From assembly GCA_964016885.1 (NCBI GenBank), contig OZ024742.1, positions 172,794,001 to 172,858,000 on the forward strand: 64,000 bases of DNA. The letters run 5' to 3'. The position numbers and the translations under genes are program-made. The notes below the pieces were generated by a model, which worked only from the letters and a program-made list of their open reading frames with translations, searched no databases and was not told the origin of the DNA. Numbering within the stretch: position 1 is the stretch's first letter; every line of letters starts with the position of its first letter. This DNA is from Eledone cirrhosa. Taxonomy: Eukaryota. Below are positions 37,980-51,300 of this stretch, piece by piece.

Positions 37980-40900
37980 ATGATCTCACACAGAATAGGC
38001 AGCATAAATGCGCGTGGCTTGGGGTCGTCATGGAAGCAGTGTCACCTGCTCAACGACCTCAGGTCACTAAACATAGATGTAGTGGCCATCAGCGAGACCA
38101 GAATCTCCGAAGCACGGGCCTTCGCACCGATCTTCGGCTGCTACAATGTGTACGCATCTCCCAGCCGTCCTGAATCGGGGAGAGGAGTTGCTGTGCTTTT
38201 TCGGAGAGGTTTGGATCTCGGCATACGGGCCATCTTCCTGGACCCAGAGGGTAAGCTGGTGGTGCTGGACGTGACCAGCGGAGACGGGCAAGCTTTCAGG
38301 CTAGTGGCCGTCTATGCCCCGACAGGAGCAGGGCGGCCTGATTTCTTCCGGCGTCTGGAGACCTTTATTGGAACTTCCCGCTCTTTAGTGTTAGTGGGCG
38401 ACTGGAACGGGATCTTAGATGCACGCTGGGACTGTGTCGGATTAGCGGTTAGGGGTGGAGGGTGCAAGAGCCTCACCGACCTGCTCAGGCGTTTTGAACT
38501 GTCTGACAGGTACCGATTGGATTTCCTGAATGTGCCAATGTGGACTTGGACAAATTGCATAAGGTCATCCAGATCATATCTAGATAGAGTATTTTGTAGG
38601 GAAATAGATAGGTCTAGCATAGACTGTCCACAATTCAAGATAGTCAGCTACACGGATCACAAATTCGTGATCTGTGTGCTTGACTTAGATAGGCTTCATA
38701 GACGAGGACCCGGCTACTGGAAGCTAAACGCGTCCTTACCAGCGCTCAAGGCCTACAGAGACCGGATTAGCGAACTAGTTAAGCGGGCGTTGACGGGGGC
38801 CATCGTCAACAACGAGTGGTGGTTTGCTCTGAAAAGAGCGATTAGAATAGAATCCATTAGGTTTAGTAAGGCTTTAGCAATAGAGAAAAAATAGAGCAGA
38901 GGGGGAACTAGTTAGAAAATTAGACGAGGCGCTTAGCAAAGGCATTGCGACCGACGTGCTTGCGGCGAAATTGGCCCTTGACCAATTCTTCAATGCAAAG
39001 CACGAAGGCTGCGTTGTCAGAGCAAGGGTGCGTGCTGTCAGACACGAGGGGACGAAAGCCGTTTAATGGGCCCGAGTGGCGGAGGCGCGTAGTGGCAACA
39101 AAGCCACGATCCCGTCTTTGGTGGACCACGACGAGCGCATGCTACTCGATCCCGGGCAAATGTGTGAAGCTTTTCAGCGACACTTCGCTCAGCTGTTCGG
39201 GGGCAGCGGTGCGCCGGGTCGAGGGATGGACTTTAGTGTCTACCTCGACGGACTGCCGCGGCTCTCGGCCACTGAGGCGAAGTGTTGCGAAAAGCCGATA
39301 ACAGCCGCTGAAGTAAGGGAGGCAATGACTGGCTGCACAAGGGGTAAATCGCCTGGTTTGGATGGTCTGCCTATGAACTTTACGTACAGATGCCAGACTT
39401 GTTCGGAGGCCTCTTGGCGGACGTCTACTGCAACTGGCAACAGAACGGGAGAATTCCCAGTTCTGTGAGCCGAGGAGCGGTGGCACTGCTGAGAAAGGAT
39501 CCGAACAAGGGGGATAACATAAATAACTTCCGGCCCATAACTCTGCTAAACACAGAGTTCAAGATTATGGCCAAGGTGCTAGTAAAGAGGTTGGCGCTTG
39601 TCGTTGGTGGTCTGGTGGGAGAGGCGCAGACATGCGCTATTCCCGACAGATCCATCCACGACAACCTCCACCTCATGCGATACATCGTAGAGAGGGTAGC
39701 TAGGGAACCTGGCACGGGTGGATTCTTGATCAATTTAGATCAGTCAAAAGCTTTCGATAGGGTCGACCATCGTTACCTAGCGGCAGTCCTGAGGGCGGCC
39801 GGCTTTTGGCCCGTCTTCAGAGGTTAGATCGCTGCCATGCACAGCGACATCTGCTCTGCGGTGAGAGTGAACGGTTACCTTTCGGAACCGTTCAACATCA
39901 TGCGCTAGGTCCGCCAAGGATGTCCCCTCTCGTCCCTCTTGTACGTATTGACTCTCGAGCCATTACTGCACAAACTGGAGACGTTGAGGGGCGTCCCGCG
40001 CGAACTAGGATGCGGATGATCCGTGTCAGCATATGCGGACGATGTCACCGTAGTGGTGTCGAACGCCAAACACATCGAAGCGATCGGCACTACACTAAGA
40101 GAATACGAAGCGGTGACAGGAGCAATGATCAACCAGGAAAAGTCAGTGGGCCTGCAGCTCGGCACCTGGAGAGGCAGGTCCATGCCGTCCAACAGCGTCG
40201 TCGGACGCTCGGCCGACGGACCGGTTAGATTGCTAGGGGTCTGATTCGGTTCGGACCTCCAGACGGACAAAAACTTGGACGAGGTGACGAGCAGGGTGGC
40301 TTCTCTCACCCAGAAATAGGCGGAGAGGAAGCTATCCCTGAAAGGTCGAGCGGAGGTGGCGAACGCGTACATCGCGTCTGTGATCTGCTACCACCTGACC
40401 GTCGTACGTTGTCCTAAGCCCAGCCTTACTGCGCTGGAGCATTTGCTCTTTCGCTTTTTGTGGAAGGGACGCGCTCCAATGGTCAGGCGGTCCATCTGCT
40501 GTCAACACCCGCTACGTGGAGGGCTGGGCATGCCGTGGCTGATGATGCGAAGACACGCGCTTAGGCTACGACATCTCCACATCTTCCTCGACGGTGATCA
40601 GGTGTGGTCGCCGTTTGCTAGACACGTGTTTCCCCAGCTCGTTTTCTTGAGGGAGCTGCAGTCCTGGGTCAAGCGAAGACCGAGAGGGAGCGCCTGGAGA
40701 CTTGAATGTCTTCAGGCGCTCACAGCCCTCGACCAGTAGGGCAATGTGATCGGTGGAAACTCCACCTCAGCGTTCTATAGAGGATTAGTGGAGGGGAAGA
40801 GCGACGATGTACTTGGGGAATCTCTAGGCGTCGACGAAAATCAACTAGCCAATCTCTTCGGAAGAAACTTCGGGCCGGGGCCTATGGACAACTTCCAGAA

Positions 40901-41402
40901 ATCTCTGGCCTGGCAGTGCTACCGAGGAGCCTTGCCAGTTCGGGATAAACTCGACGAGCATGGAGGTGCCGTCAGCCGGGCATGTCCGAAATGCGCGCAG
41001 GGCGACGAAACCGTCCTGCACGCACTCGTCCAGTGTCCGAAAATTACTGACTTGTGGGTTTATGTCAAACACCTGCTGTTGCGTGTAGGACGGATCCGGC
41101 TATCATCTGAGTCCATCGTGAGGATTGCCCCGCCCCCCTCCTCCATTAGCCGGGAAGGGCAGTCAGTTTTTATCTGTCTGGTGGCCATGGCGAAAGAGAT
41201 AGTATGGTGGACACGTTTGAAAGGGCTGAAGACGAGCACTTACCTCTTCGGTGATGCCCTGATTGAATTTTTCAAATTTCATTTGAAAAGGAAAATCAGA
41301 GTAGAGAGGGAAGTGCTCTCTTCCCAGCATTTTGTTGAAAGATGGGTGAGAGAAGCAAGAATGGCCCGAGTGAATGGGCCTACTCTGAGTATATATCTGT
41401 AA
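37980..41402 (+). pseudogene. LINE ORF2 (APE endonuclease, RT, C-terminal CCHC) with several stops and frameshifts
   Basis: SINARGL, ISET, VYAP, GDWN, YLDR, TDH, YWKLN (APE); KSPGLDG, FRPITLLN, LDQSKAFDRVDH, AYADD (RT); CPKC..ETVLHALVQC. Confidence 0.92.
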
Positions 41403-41699
41403 ATTAAAGGTGGAAAACTCGGAGAGGGCACTTGCCTTAGTGGTCAGGGTCACAGTGACATTTTAATGGGCTTTCTCCACAAATGTCCCTCCGAAGTCTC
41501 CCCCCTATTGGGGAATTTGTCATTGTTATTTTTTTGTTACATCCTCTTTTTTTTTTTTTTAGACGCAGAAATGCCCATTTGTACCGTCCTGTATTGTCCT
41601 GCACTGTCTTAATGTCTACTTTATGTAAACACTTGTGGTTAATAAAGAAATCATCATTATTATTATTATTATTATTATTAATATTATTATTATTGGTTT

Positions 41700-41897
41700 A
41701 AGGGAGGTTGATTAGCACTATCGGCAAAGTATCGGACACCATGCTTTGCAGCATAGAGTTACGTCCTTTTATTATCTGAGTTCAAATCCCGCCGAGGTTA
41801 ACTTTGCCTTTCATCCTTACGGGGTCGATAAAATAATGTACCAGTAATGTACTGAGGTATTGCCGGCCTTGTGCTTAAAATAGAAACAATTATTATT
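41700..41897 (+). mobile_element. tRNA-derived SINE
   Basis: B-box GAGTTCAAATCC, body GCCTTTCATCCTTACGGGGTCGATAAAATAA, tail GGCCTTGTGC..AGAAA-(TTA)n; several copies in the window. Confidence 0.85.
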
Positions 41898-42139
41898 CCC
41901 CGGATACCGTAAGGTACAATAATTGTGGTTGGGTGTTTAACTGTGAAGGAAACATAGGGAGTATTTATGGGAGAAAATGTGTATTTAATAAAACATATGC
42001 GCGAAATGTGTGTGTTTATTGTTGTGTGTTTATGTGTGATAAAAAGAGAGACAGAGAAGAGAGGAGACTGGCGCAGATTGACCGTTGTAGTGACAGATAA
42101 TTGTGCATAATTTCGAATATTTCAGACATACACAGATTG

Positions 42140-42240
42140 AAATTAGTGACTTATAAACATGTTATATATTTTTACCCGTATATATATATCCTCACACACA
42201 AACTGACATACACTCATATACATGTGAACATATATATATA

Positions 42241-42296
<56 letters not shown>

Positions 42297-42409
42297 GTGT
42301 GTGTATGTGTGTCTTTGTGTTTGTGTGTGTTTGTGCGTGTGTGTGTATATATGTGTGTGTATAGATTTATATACATATGTATATTGGTATATATATATAA
42401 ATATATATG

Positions 42410-42485
<76 letters not shown>

Positions 42486-42584
42486 GAAGGAGGGAGATAT
42501 ATAGATATATCGTTAGAAAGAGAGAGAAATATAGAGATAGAGAGAGAGAGTGGAGAGGGAGAAAGTGATAGAGAGAGAGAGAGA

Positions 42585-42657
<73 letters not shown>

Positions 42658-42670
42658 TGTGTGAGAGAGA
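42140..42670. repeat. (AT)n/(GT)n/(AG)n microsatellite cluster
   Basis: Read directly from the sequence; a similar cluster lies at 43030-43410. Confidence 0.9.
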
Positions 42671-43031
42671 GAATTAACATGTATATATAGATATGAACGT
42701 AATTACATATATGCATACAAAAAGACGAGACGCAGCCAGACACACAGGTACAAACCCATATGCATACGTCGTGAATATTAGTAAATCTAACTTGAGAAAG
42801 CCAACTTGTCATAACTTGAGTTAACAATTCTCATCAGCAATACACTTATTGGTAATAGGAAGTGAAGCTGTTGATGGAATTCCGTACCAAAGTCTTCGTA
42901 ATGCTATCCTGTCAGAGAAGTTGAGTAGATTTCTTACTGATGGCCATTACACGTTCTAATCAAGCCAGTCTCATTGAAATGTACCGAGTGGCATTATTAT
43001 CTCACCACTAAAATTATGTTGCCACAAACAC

Positions 43032-43074
<43 letters not shown>

Positions 43075-43125
43075 GCACAAGCAAACAAACAAACACACAC
43101 ACACACATACACATGTATGTATATA

Positions 43126-43175
<50 letters not shown>

Positions 43176-43350
43176 TATACATGTGTATATAGAACTATAT
43201 AGATGTATACCTATATATATATATATATATATACATGTATATACATCTATCTATCTATATATATATATATATATATATATACATAAAAGTATATGTATAT
43301 ATCTATGTATATACATACTTATATATAACTATATAGATATATCCCTATAT

Positions 43351-43397
<47 letters not shown>

Positions 43398-44002
43398 CTT
43401 ATATGTATAGAGGAACAATCCGTACGTTGTTCCTATGAGAACGGAAAGCGATAAATGGCACGGAATATTGATTATTGTTATTGTTGTTGCTTTTCTTCTT
43501 CATTTCATAATTATTATTATCATCTTCCTCATCAACACTACTATCATCAACATCATCATCATCATTAGTATCGTTACCATTAAAACAAATAACACTATCA
43601 CCGTCACCATTAACCCCATCTTCATCATAATTATTAGATGGTTGATTGGCAGAGCTGTTACAATGTCAGACAAATGATTTGCGGCGTTGGATCAGACTCT
43701 TTCCGTTTTTATCTCAACTTCACTGAAGTTTCCTTTATCTTTTATTCTTATTAAAGGTACGGTATTTTACGTTCTCAGTTCAAATGGCACCTCGGTTATC
43801 TTTGCCTTTCATTATTATGGGTATATAGAGTACCAGTAACGCAAGGAGGTGAATTATTTGATGGGGACCTCCTCTAAATGTGTTGGACTTGAGCTTAAGT
43901 CTGAAACCATTAACAATAACCATTAACCATAAACAAAGCTGTTGATTAGAAGCATTGGGAAGTTTTATCAAAATATGAGTGTCATAAAGCCAATTACCAT
44001 AA

Positions 44003-44188
44003 TAATGTGTTCTACTTCTGGCGCAAGGCCAACAATCACACCATTGCATTACTGGTACTTTATTTTATCGACCCCGTAAGGATGAAAGGCAAAGTTAACG
44101 TCGATGGGATTTGAACTCAGATCGTAAAGGGACGTAACTATGCTAGAAAGCATGGCGTCCAACCCTCTACCAATACCACCAATTCGCA
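44003..44188 (-). mobile_element. tRNA-derived SINE
   Basis: Reverse complement of the 41700 family (GGATTTGAACTCAG; TCGACCCCGTAAGGATGAAAGGC). Confidence 0.85.
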
Positions 44189-44190
44189 AA

Positions 44191-44450
44191 GCTAATAATG
44201 AAGATATGGAGTTGATAATAAAGAAATCGAGCTGATAATGAAGATATATAGCTGATAATGAAGATATAGAACTGATAATGAAGATATAGAGCCAATAATG
44301 AAGCATATATAACTGATAATGAGGATATGAAGATATAGATCTGATAATGAAGAAATAGAGCTGATAGTGATGATATAAATCTGATAATGAGGATATAGAA
44401 CTGATAATGAAGATATAGAGTTGATAATGAATATACAGATGAATATAATG
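44191..44450. repeat. Minisatellite of about 20 bp (consensus CTGATAATGAAGATATAGAG), roughly a dozen units
   Basis: Read directly from the sequence; lies between two SINEs. Confidence 0.9.
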
Positions 44451-44454
44451 CCCA

Positions 44455-44648
44455 TAATAATTGTTTCTGCTTTTGGCACAAGGCCAGCAATTACGCCAAT
44501 GCATTACTGGTACTTTATTTTATCGACCCCGTAAGGATGAAAGGCAAATCTAACCTCGACGGGATTTGAACTCAGACCGTAAAGGTACAGAATTCTATGC
44601 TGCAAAGCATGATGTCCGACTCTCTACCTATACTACCAATCCACCGCA
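44455..44648 (-). mobile_element. tRNA-derived SINE
   Basis: Same family as 41700. Confidence 0.85.
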
Positions 44649-44799
44649 AATCACCATAATAATAGACGTGGACTATATATAACTTTTAAAAGAATCCAGT
44701 TATGCAATCCGGGTGACGATTGTATTTCTATAGATTACTTTGTAGATTGTGATTCAGTAGATTATATTGCCGAGGAAAACCCAGATGTTCTTTCTTTTT

Positions 44800-45300
44800 A
44801 TATTTTAAGAATATTATTCTCTATCCAATTTATTTCTAATATTTCCGTCAACTGATGAAAATCTTGATGTATCCCAATTCCAAATTACGCAATCCCAAAA
44901 CAAGTTCACTCCCCACAAGTGACACATTAATACTGCTTATTAAGTTAAAGTTAGTTATTAACCTCATTTTTGTATATCTGTCCCTTCGGGATTTGATATC
45001 GCTGAATCCTTTCTCGTTCCATCTGATAAAATCTGTTATCTCCCGGTAATATTATATCAGTTTTCCAGCAGAATCTTTTTCTCTTTCTCAACAATTTGCA
45101 ATCATATTGGATATTGAAATCTCAAAAATTCTTATATCTACCATACATTAACATTGTATCAAATTGGCAATTTTACAGATTTTCTGCTATGCGCAGCTAA
45201 TGTGTCTCGCAGAATATCTACTGCACTTTCCCAAAAATGTTGATATTTTTTTTATTATAGTTTAATGCTTTCTACTGGAGGAACGGAGAAGCATAGTTTA
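44800..45300 (-). pseudogene. Very degraded RLE-LINE C-terminal relic
   Basis: Minus-strand remnants resembling DFNIQ.D, KEKRFC..DI..PG and EREK..RY. Confidence 0.35.
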
Positions 45301-45599
45301 AGGTTGAAATCCTTAACGACTCAGCCATGCCTGGGATGCAACTATTTAATTATAGATTCTGCACATAAACTGAAATTAGCACAGGAGTGGCATCATACTA
45401 CGAAAATACAGATTGTGTCCAACTAAAAATAACAACTATTTAATGAGAAAAGAAAGCATGAACATATTTGACAACATATATATAAAAGCAAAGTTTTGAG
45501 TGGAAATATTTGGATCACAACCATCTTCAACATCATGCCAGCGTTATCATCATCATCATATTTATAGTCCCCCCTCTATTAGGAATGTTTTATCATTAT

Positions 45600-45918
45600 T
45601 ATTGTTCTTTAAATCTCAGTCATTGATGTTATTTAACTGGAGAGTTTGTTGAAATGAATATCAAGCCCATACCTGCAGCCTCAGACATTCAGGACGTATC
45701 GTAGGGTTCTTGCTATTCCCAGCAAGCATGCCTTTTGAAGTGTTCAAAAAAGCGGTGCTGGACTAATCTTCTTTAACCATTCTTGGAAACTCTTTGAGAT
45801 AGTAACTAGTGCGCCTATGACAATCGGGACGATCTTGATTTCATGGCGGTTCCAAATGCTTTTTAACTCCGACTTTAAATCCTGGTATCGGTTAATTTTC
45901 TCCCTCTCATTTTCTTGC
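45600..45918 (-). mobile_element. 5'-truncated R4-1 3' fragment (diverged)
   Basis: Homologous to about 26470-26785; flanked by (TAT)n. Confidence 0.85.
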
Positions 45919-45974
<56 letters not shown>

Positions 45975-47205
45975 GTTGTTCTTTGAGTCTCAGTCATTGA
46001 TGTTAGTTAACTGGAAAGTTTGTTGAAATGAATATCAAGCCACTACCTGCAGCCTCAGATATTTGAAGCGTTCCAAAAAGCGTGGCGGGGCCAATTTTCT
46101 TTAAACATCCCTGGAATCTTTTTGAGATAGTACCTAGTGCGCCTTTGACTTCATGGCAGTTCCAAATCCTTTTTACCTCCCACTTTAAATCCTGGTATCA
46201 GTTAATGTTCTCCCTTTCCTTCTCTTGCACTCTCGTGTTGAATGGGCAGGCTACATCCACAATCAGGCACGATATTTTTTCCTTGTCCAAAATCACCAGG
46301 TCAGTTTCTTGTCCTACTGTATCCTAAAATACCACAGCACCTTCACCTGATCATTTTTTATCACCGACTCTGGCTTATGCTCATACCACTTCTCAGAATG
46401 TGGTAAATTGTTTACTTTGCATAGGTGCCAGTGGATCACCCTGCCCATCACGTCATGTCTCCAGCCCTTATAGTGAGTCTGAGCTAGGTGTTTACACTCG
46501 GATACAAGGCGAGCCACATTATCCTCTCTATCTCCACAGATCCTGCACAGTGGGCTAGCCTCCTCCTTGTAAATATGGTGTTTCAACCACTTCGTTTTGA
46601 GGGCCTGCTCTTGCGCAGCCATTAACATTCCTTCTGTAGCCTTTTTAAGGACTCCCATTTTCAACCAGTTCCATGTCTGTGGATCTCTGAATTCAGTTTT
46701 CTCAAAGAAGGTACTATGAAGGGATTTTTTCCTGAAGGCTGCTCTTTCTCCTTGATGTTATTTCTTCCTTGGACATCCCCTGGTCTATTGTCCTCTCCTT
46801 CAGTACAATTCTGAGCATTGGCTCCTTACTATCAGTTACGTATTTGTGTAGGTTCTTTTTCTCCATCTGAACACAGTCCTCTATGCTGATAAGACCTCTT
46901 CCACCTTCAGATCTCCTTAAGTAGAGTCTATCACATCACTCCTCTTGTGGAACATGTTGTAGATAGTCAATAGCTTCCTAGTCTTCCTATCCATTTCTTT
47001 ATGTTCAGCAACATTCCATCTCAGAAATCCCGCACTGTACCTAATAATAGACACAGCTCGGGAATTTACTGCACTTATGGCATTCTTACTGTTCAGATGT
47101 GTCTTTAATACGCTCCTTACTCTCCGAATGTATTCAGATCTTATCAATTCCTTCATTTTTTTGTTCTTGATGCCATCAGCCTCCAGAACACCCACATCCT
47201 TCTTC
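45975..47205 (-). mobile_element. 5'-truncated R4-1 fragment (diverged, with small deletions)
   Basis: ORFs 46314-46664 and 46917-47213 match the R4-1 C-terminus; (TAT)n on both sides. Confidence 0.9.
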
Positions 47206-47265
47206 AGTGTCATTATTATTATTATTATTATTATTATAATTATTATTATTATTATTATTATTATT

Positions 47266-47563
47266 ATAGTTGCATTTATCTTGCTTTATGTTCATACGAG
47301 TTATCACCAAGTCACAACCAGTGACCTCAAGAGACAACAAGGTCCGCCATGTTCAAGAAAGAACATACATATTCACACATGCATCTTTAGTGTTTAGACT
47401 TGTGATGTACTTATATTGACAGAATCTTCCTTAGTATATGGGCAGTTCCCATTAGTACTATCTTTTGTATTTCTCCTATACGCGGGTTTCCTGGGATTTG
47501 CGATATGTAATCATTAGACCCCTTAGGTATCATTCCCAGAGCGCCTACAACCACTGGTATTGT
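47266..47563 (-). mobile_element. 5'-truncated R4-2 3' fragment
   Basis: Nearly identical to 31081-31379. Confidence 0.9.
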
Positions 47564-47564
47564 T

Positions 47565-48326
47565 ATTATTATTGTTATTGTTATTCCTTGAATCTCAGTC
47601 ATTGGTGTTGGTTAACTGGAAAGTCCGTTGGATTGAATATCAAGCCACTACCTGCAGCCTCAGATATTCAGGACGTATCGGAGGGTTCTTGCCGTTCCAA
47701 GCAAGCATGCCTTTTGAAGCGTTCCAAAAAGCGTGAAGGGGCCGATTTTCTTTAACCATCCCTGGAAACCTTTGGAGATAGTCCCCAGTGCGCCTATGAC
47801 AATCGGGATCACTTTGACTTCATGGCAGTTCCAAATCCTTTTCACCTCCCACTTTAGGTCCTGGTATCGGTTAATTTTCTCCCTCTCCTTCTCTTGCACT
47901 CTCGTGTCGAACGGGCAGGCCACATCCACAATCAGGCACGATCTTTTTTCTTTGTCCACAACCACCAGGTCAGGTCTATTGTGTTCCAGTTTTTTGTCCG
48001 TCTGTATCCTAAAATCCCACAGCACCTTCACCTGATCGTTCTCCATCACCGCCTCTGGCCTATGCTCATACCATTTCTCAGAATGTGGTAGATTGTTTAC
48101 TTTGCACAGGTGCCAGTGGATCACCCTGCCCATCACATCGTGTCTCCAGCCCTTATAGTGGGTCTGGGCTAGATGTTTACACTCGGACACAATGTGAGCC
48201 ACAGTCTCCTCTCTCTCTCCACAGATCCTGCACAGTGGGCTAGCCTCCTCCTTGTAGATATGGTGCTTCAACCACTTCGTTTTGAGGGCCTGCTCCTGCG
48301 CAGCCATTAGCATTCCTTCTGTAGCC

Positions 48327-48327
<1 letters not shown>
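47565..48327 (-). mobile_element. 5'-truncated R4-1 fragment, nearly identical to the intact copy
   Basis: ORF 47660-48313 equals the last 217 aa of the 1130-aa ORF apart from ENSQ/ENDQ. Confidence 0.93.
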
Positions 48328-48381
<54 letters not shown>

Positions 48382-51300
48382 GAATGCTATGGTTGACGGA
48401 GGCTCGGCTCTGTAAGGTATTGTAAATTTTGAACGCTATAACAATTGTAAATTGTTTAAAACTATAACGAACGTGTAGACAAAAACACACTCCTCCTCGT
48501 GAGAGGGGTCGTTCTGCCCGTTATTTGGCCCTTCGGGGTTAAATAACTGCTTATTGGGGGTTTTGTGCCCAATATTTATTTTAAACAAAATAAACAACAT
48601 GGCTACGAAAAAGAATTTTCATATGTCACACCCACTCATTCCGTCTTCTTCTTCCTCAATCATCACTACAGCAGAGAGAGGATTGTCTCTCTCCCTCCCT
48701 TCTTTAAATGTGTCTCTCTCCCTCCCTTCTCTTTCGCAAGCGACGACAAAAAAGAAAAGTATCGTGCAAAGCGTGCAATATTCCTCCACGACGACGACGA
48801 CATCGAGGAAACAGGTGTGCGGGAAATACGAAAACCCATTTCATTCGTCTGACGTCAGGAATAATAGCAGTAGCAGCCGTAATAACAACTGCCACAGTGA
48901 CAATGAAAAGAACAGTAGCAGCCGCAACAGCATCACCAGCAGCATAAACAACAGCAGCATTAACAGCAGCAACACCAACAACAACCATAGCAACAGCGGC
49001 GGAGGCAGTAGTCGTAGTACTTGCAGCAACATCAAAAGTAACAGCAGCTCTGACGACAACGAGAACAACAGCAGCAAAGAAAAAACAATCTCATTTGCAG
49101 GTATTGCGAAAAACCTGGAAACAATCCTTATAACAAATGAGGAATTAGAGGAAGCGAAGAAGATGGTGACAAAGACTGGACACCGAGCAATCTGCAAGGC
49201 AGCGGAAACATTTTTCGAACGCCCAACAGCACTGTACGGTCACGTACCGTACAGTAAGTACAAAATCCCGTAGGGTTGAAAGAGCCGCAGAGGCTCAAAT
49301 ACAAAAAGCCTTGGGGTCTGTGTGGCAGCGGAAAACGCACATCACCCGAGGCAAAAAATATGCCACCGTAGACGTACGTTTTGCCACACCCCAGGAGGCA
49401 AAGGCTCAATCCGTAGTGACCCTAAGGAGCGAGGAAATGGTGTTGGTGCCCTCCTACTGCGGGCAAAAAATTTGAGGGTCAAACTAACCCATGTCCCCCC
49501 CGGGATGGCCCCTTCTTGGCTGGCCTCGTCTGTCCTCGTCGGAATCGAGGACAAAACAAATGTACTGAAAGTACAGAAAAAAGTAAGAGAAGATTGGGTC
49601 GGCACCTCCATTGAGATGCTAATCCAAACCAACCAGGAGTGCATCGAAGCTATCCCGGATGTGATAGACTTCGATAACGGCACTCAACTGCCCATAAGTG
49701 TTGAGGGCAGACGCCCGAAATGCTTTCGCTGTGGATCAAAGACTCACCTCAGGGCCTTCTGCAACGAGAAGACCCTGAGAAAGGAGAACCCCTCCCCTCC
49801 TTTCGAAACCGGCTCAACGGCTACCAGCAACAGGACAAGCAGCAACCAGGAACGATAGGTCCGTGGCACCCATACGCACGCCACGGAAATCAAAAACAGC
49901 AACAACAGTGGAAATATTAACAACAACAACAGCAATACCAAATGCAGCTGCAACAGAGACTCCAGTGCAAACATCACCAACAACAACAAGTGAAAGAGTG
50001 GAGCTGGTACCCCTCCTCTACCTCACAAAATCAGACATGGAGTGTGAGGTGGGAGAGGGATGGCAAAAGGTCGTAAGAAGGCACAAACGCAGAAGCAGCT
50101 CATCGTCGCCATTGAAAAGGGAGGAAAGAAATGAGAAAAGGGTAAAGTCTACTGCAAAGAGACTCACAGCAGCAACACCACCAACACCATCACAACCCAC
50201 ACTAGCACCACCATCACCACCGGCGACAACCCCACCGCCAACAACACCTTCAACACCACCACCACAAGCACCAACATCGCAAACACAACAACAAAACACA
50301 CACACCCAGCAACAACGACAAGAAAATAGCAGAACCACACCCCACCCCTAGAAAAACAAATGCACGGCAATAAATACACACAACAAGAAACTAATGACTT
50401 ACATAATTGAACACACAGACATTTCACAACACGACTACATAATACCAGCACCAATCAAAACGCCACCTAACATAAGACTGCTAAAAATAGCACATAAACA
50501 ATACACAAACATGAAAACGAAATTCCCCAACGCAGTTGGTGATTTCAGGGAGCCAGGAGGAACTATCAATCGAAGAGTATATTCGGACATAATCATAGAA
50601 GAGCCGACGACCAGCCAAAGGGACGATTCAACGGTCCCTTCACCAGACAATCAAGTGAAAATGATGTAGTGGCCATCAGCGAGACCAGAATCTCCGAAGC
50701 ACGGGCCTTCGCACCGATCTTCGGCTGCTACAATGTGTACGCATCTACCAGCCATCCTGGATCGGGGGGAGGAGTTGCTGTGCTTTTTCGGAGAGGTTTG
50801 GATCTCGCCATACGGGCCATCTTCCTGGACCCAGAGGGTAAGCTGGTGGTGCTGGACGTGACCAGCGGAGAAGGGCAAGCTTTCAGACTAGTGGCCGTCT
50901 ATGCCCGGACAGGAGCAGGGCGGCCTGATTTCTTCCGGCGTCTGGAGACCTTTCTTGGAACGTCCCGCTCTTTAGTGTTAGTGGGCGACTGGAACGGGAT
51001 CTTAGATGCACGCTGGGACTGTGTGGGATTAGCGGATAGGGGTGGAGGGTGCAAGAGCCTCACCAACCTGCTCAGGCGTTTTGAACTGTCTGACAGGTAC
51101 CGATTGGATTTCCCGAATGTGCCAATGTGGACTTGGACAAATTCCATAGGGTCATCCATATCATATCTAGATAGAGTATTTTGTAGGGAAATAGATAGGT
51201 CTAGCATAGGCTGTCCACAATTCAAGATAGTCAGCTACACGGACCACAAATTCGTGATCTGTGTGCTTGACTTAGATAGGCTTCATCGACGAGGACCCGG

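Larger units (their letters stand above)
35628..41653 (+). mobile_element. Full-length Tx1/L1-type LINE (ORF1 plus APE-RT ORF2), decayed, embedded in (TAT)n
   Basis: Two-ORF layout; starts immediately after (TAT)n and ends AATAAAGAAATCATCA-(TTA)n; the same termini occur in the copy at 48382-52994. Confidence 0.9.

Noticed and set aside
41700-41800. tRNA gene
   Set aside because: Only A- and B-box remnants are present with no cloverleaf; it is a SINE head.
44191-44450. Regularly spaced short repeats as a CRISPR array
   Set aside because: The units are adjacent with no unique spacers, the context is eukaryotic, and there are no cas genes.
24807-48327. All R4 copies on one strand as a sign of a unistrand piRNA cluster
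   Set aside because: Target polarity explains it; the Tx1 copies are on the other strand, and PLEs and SINEs are mixed.
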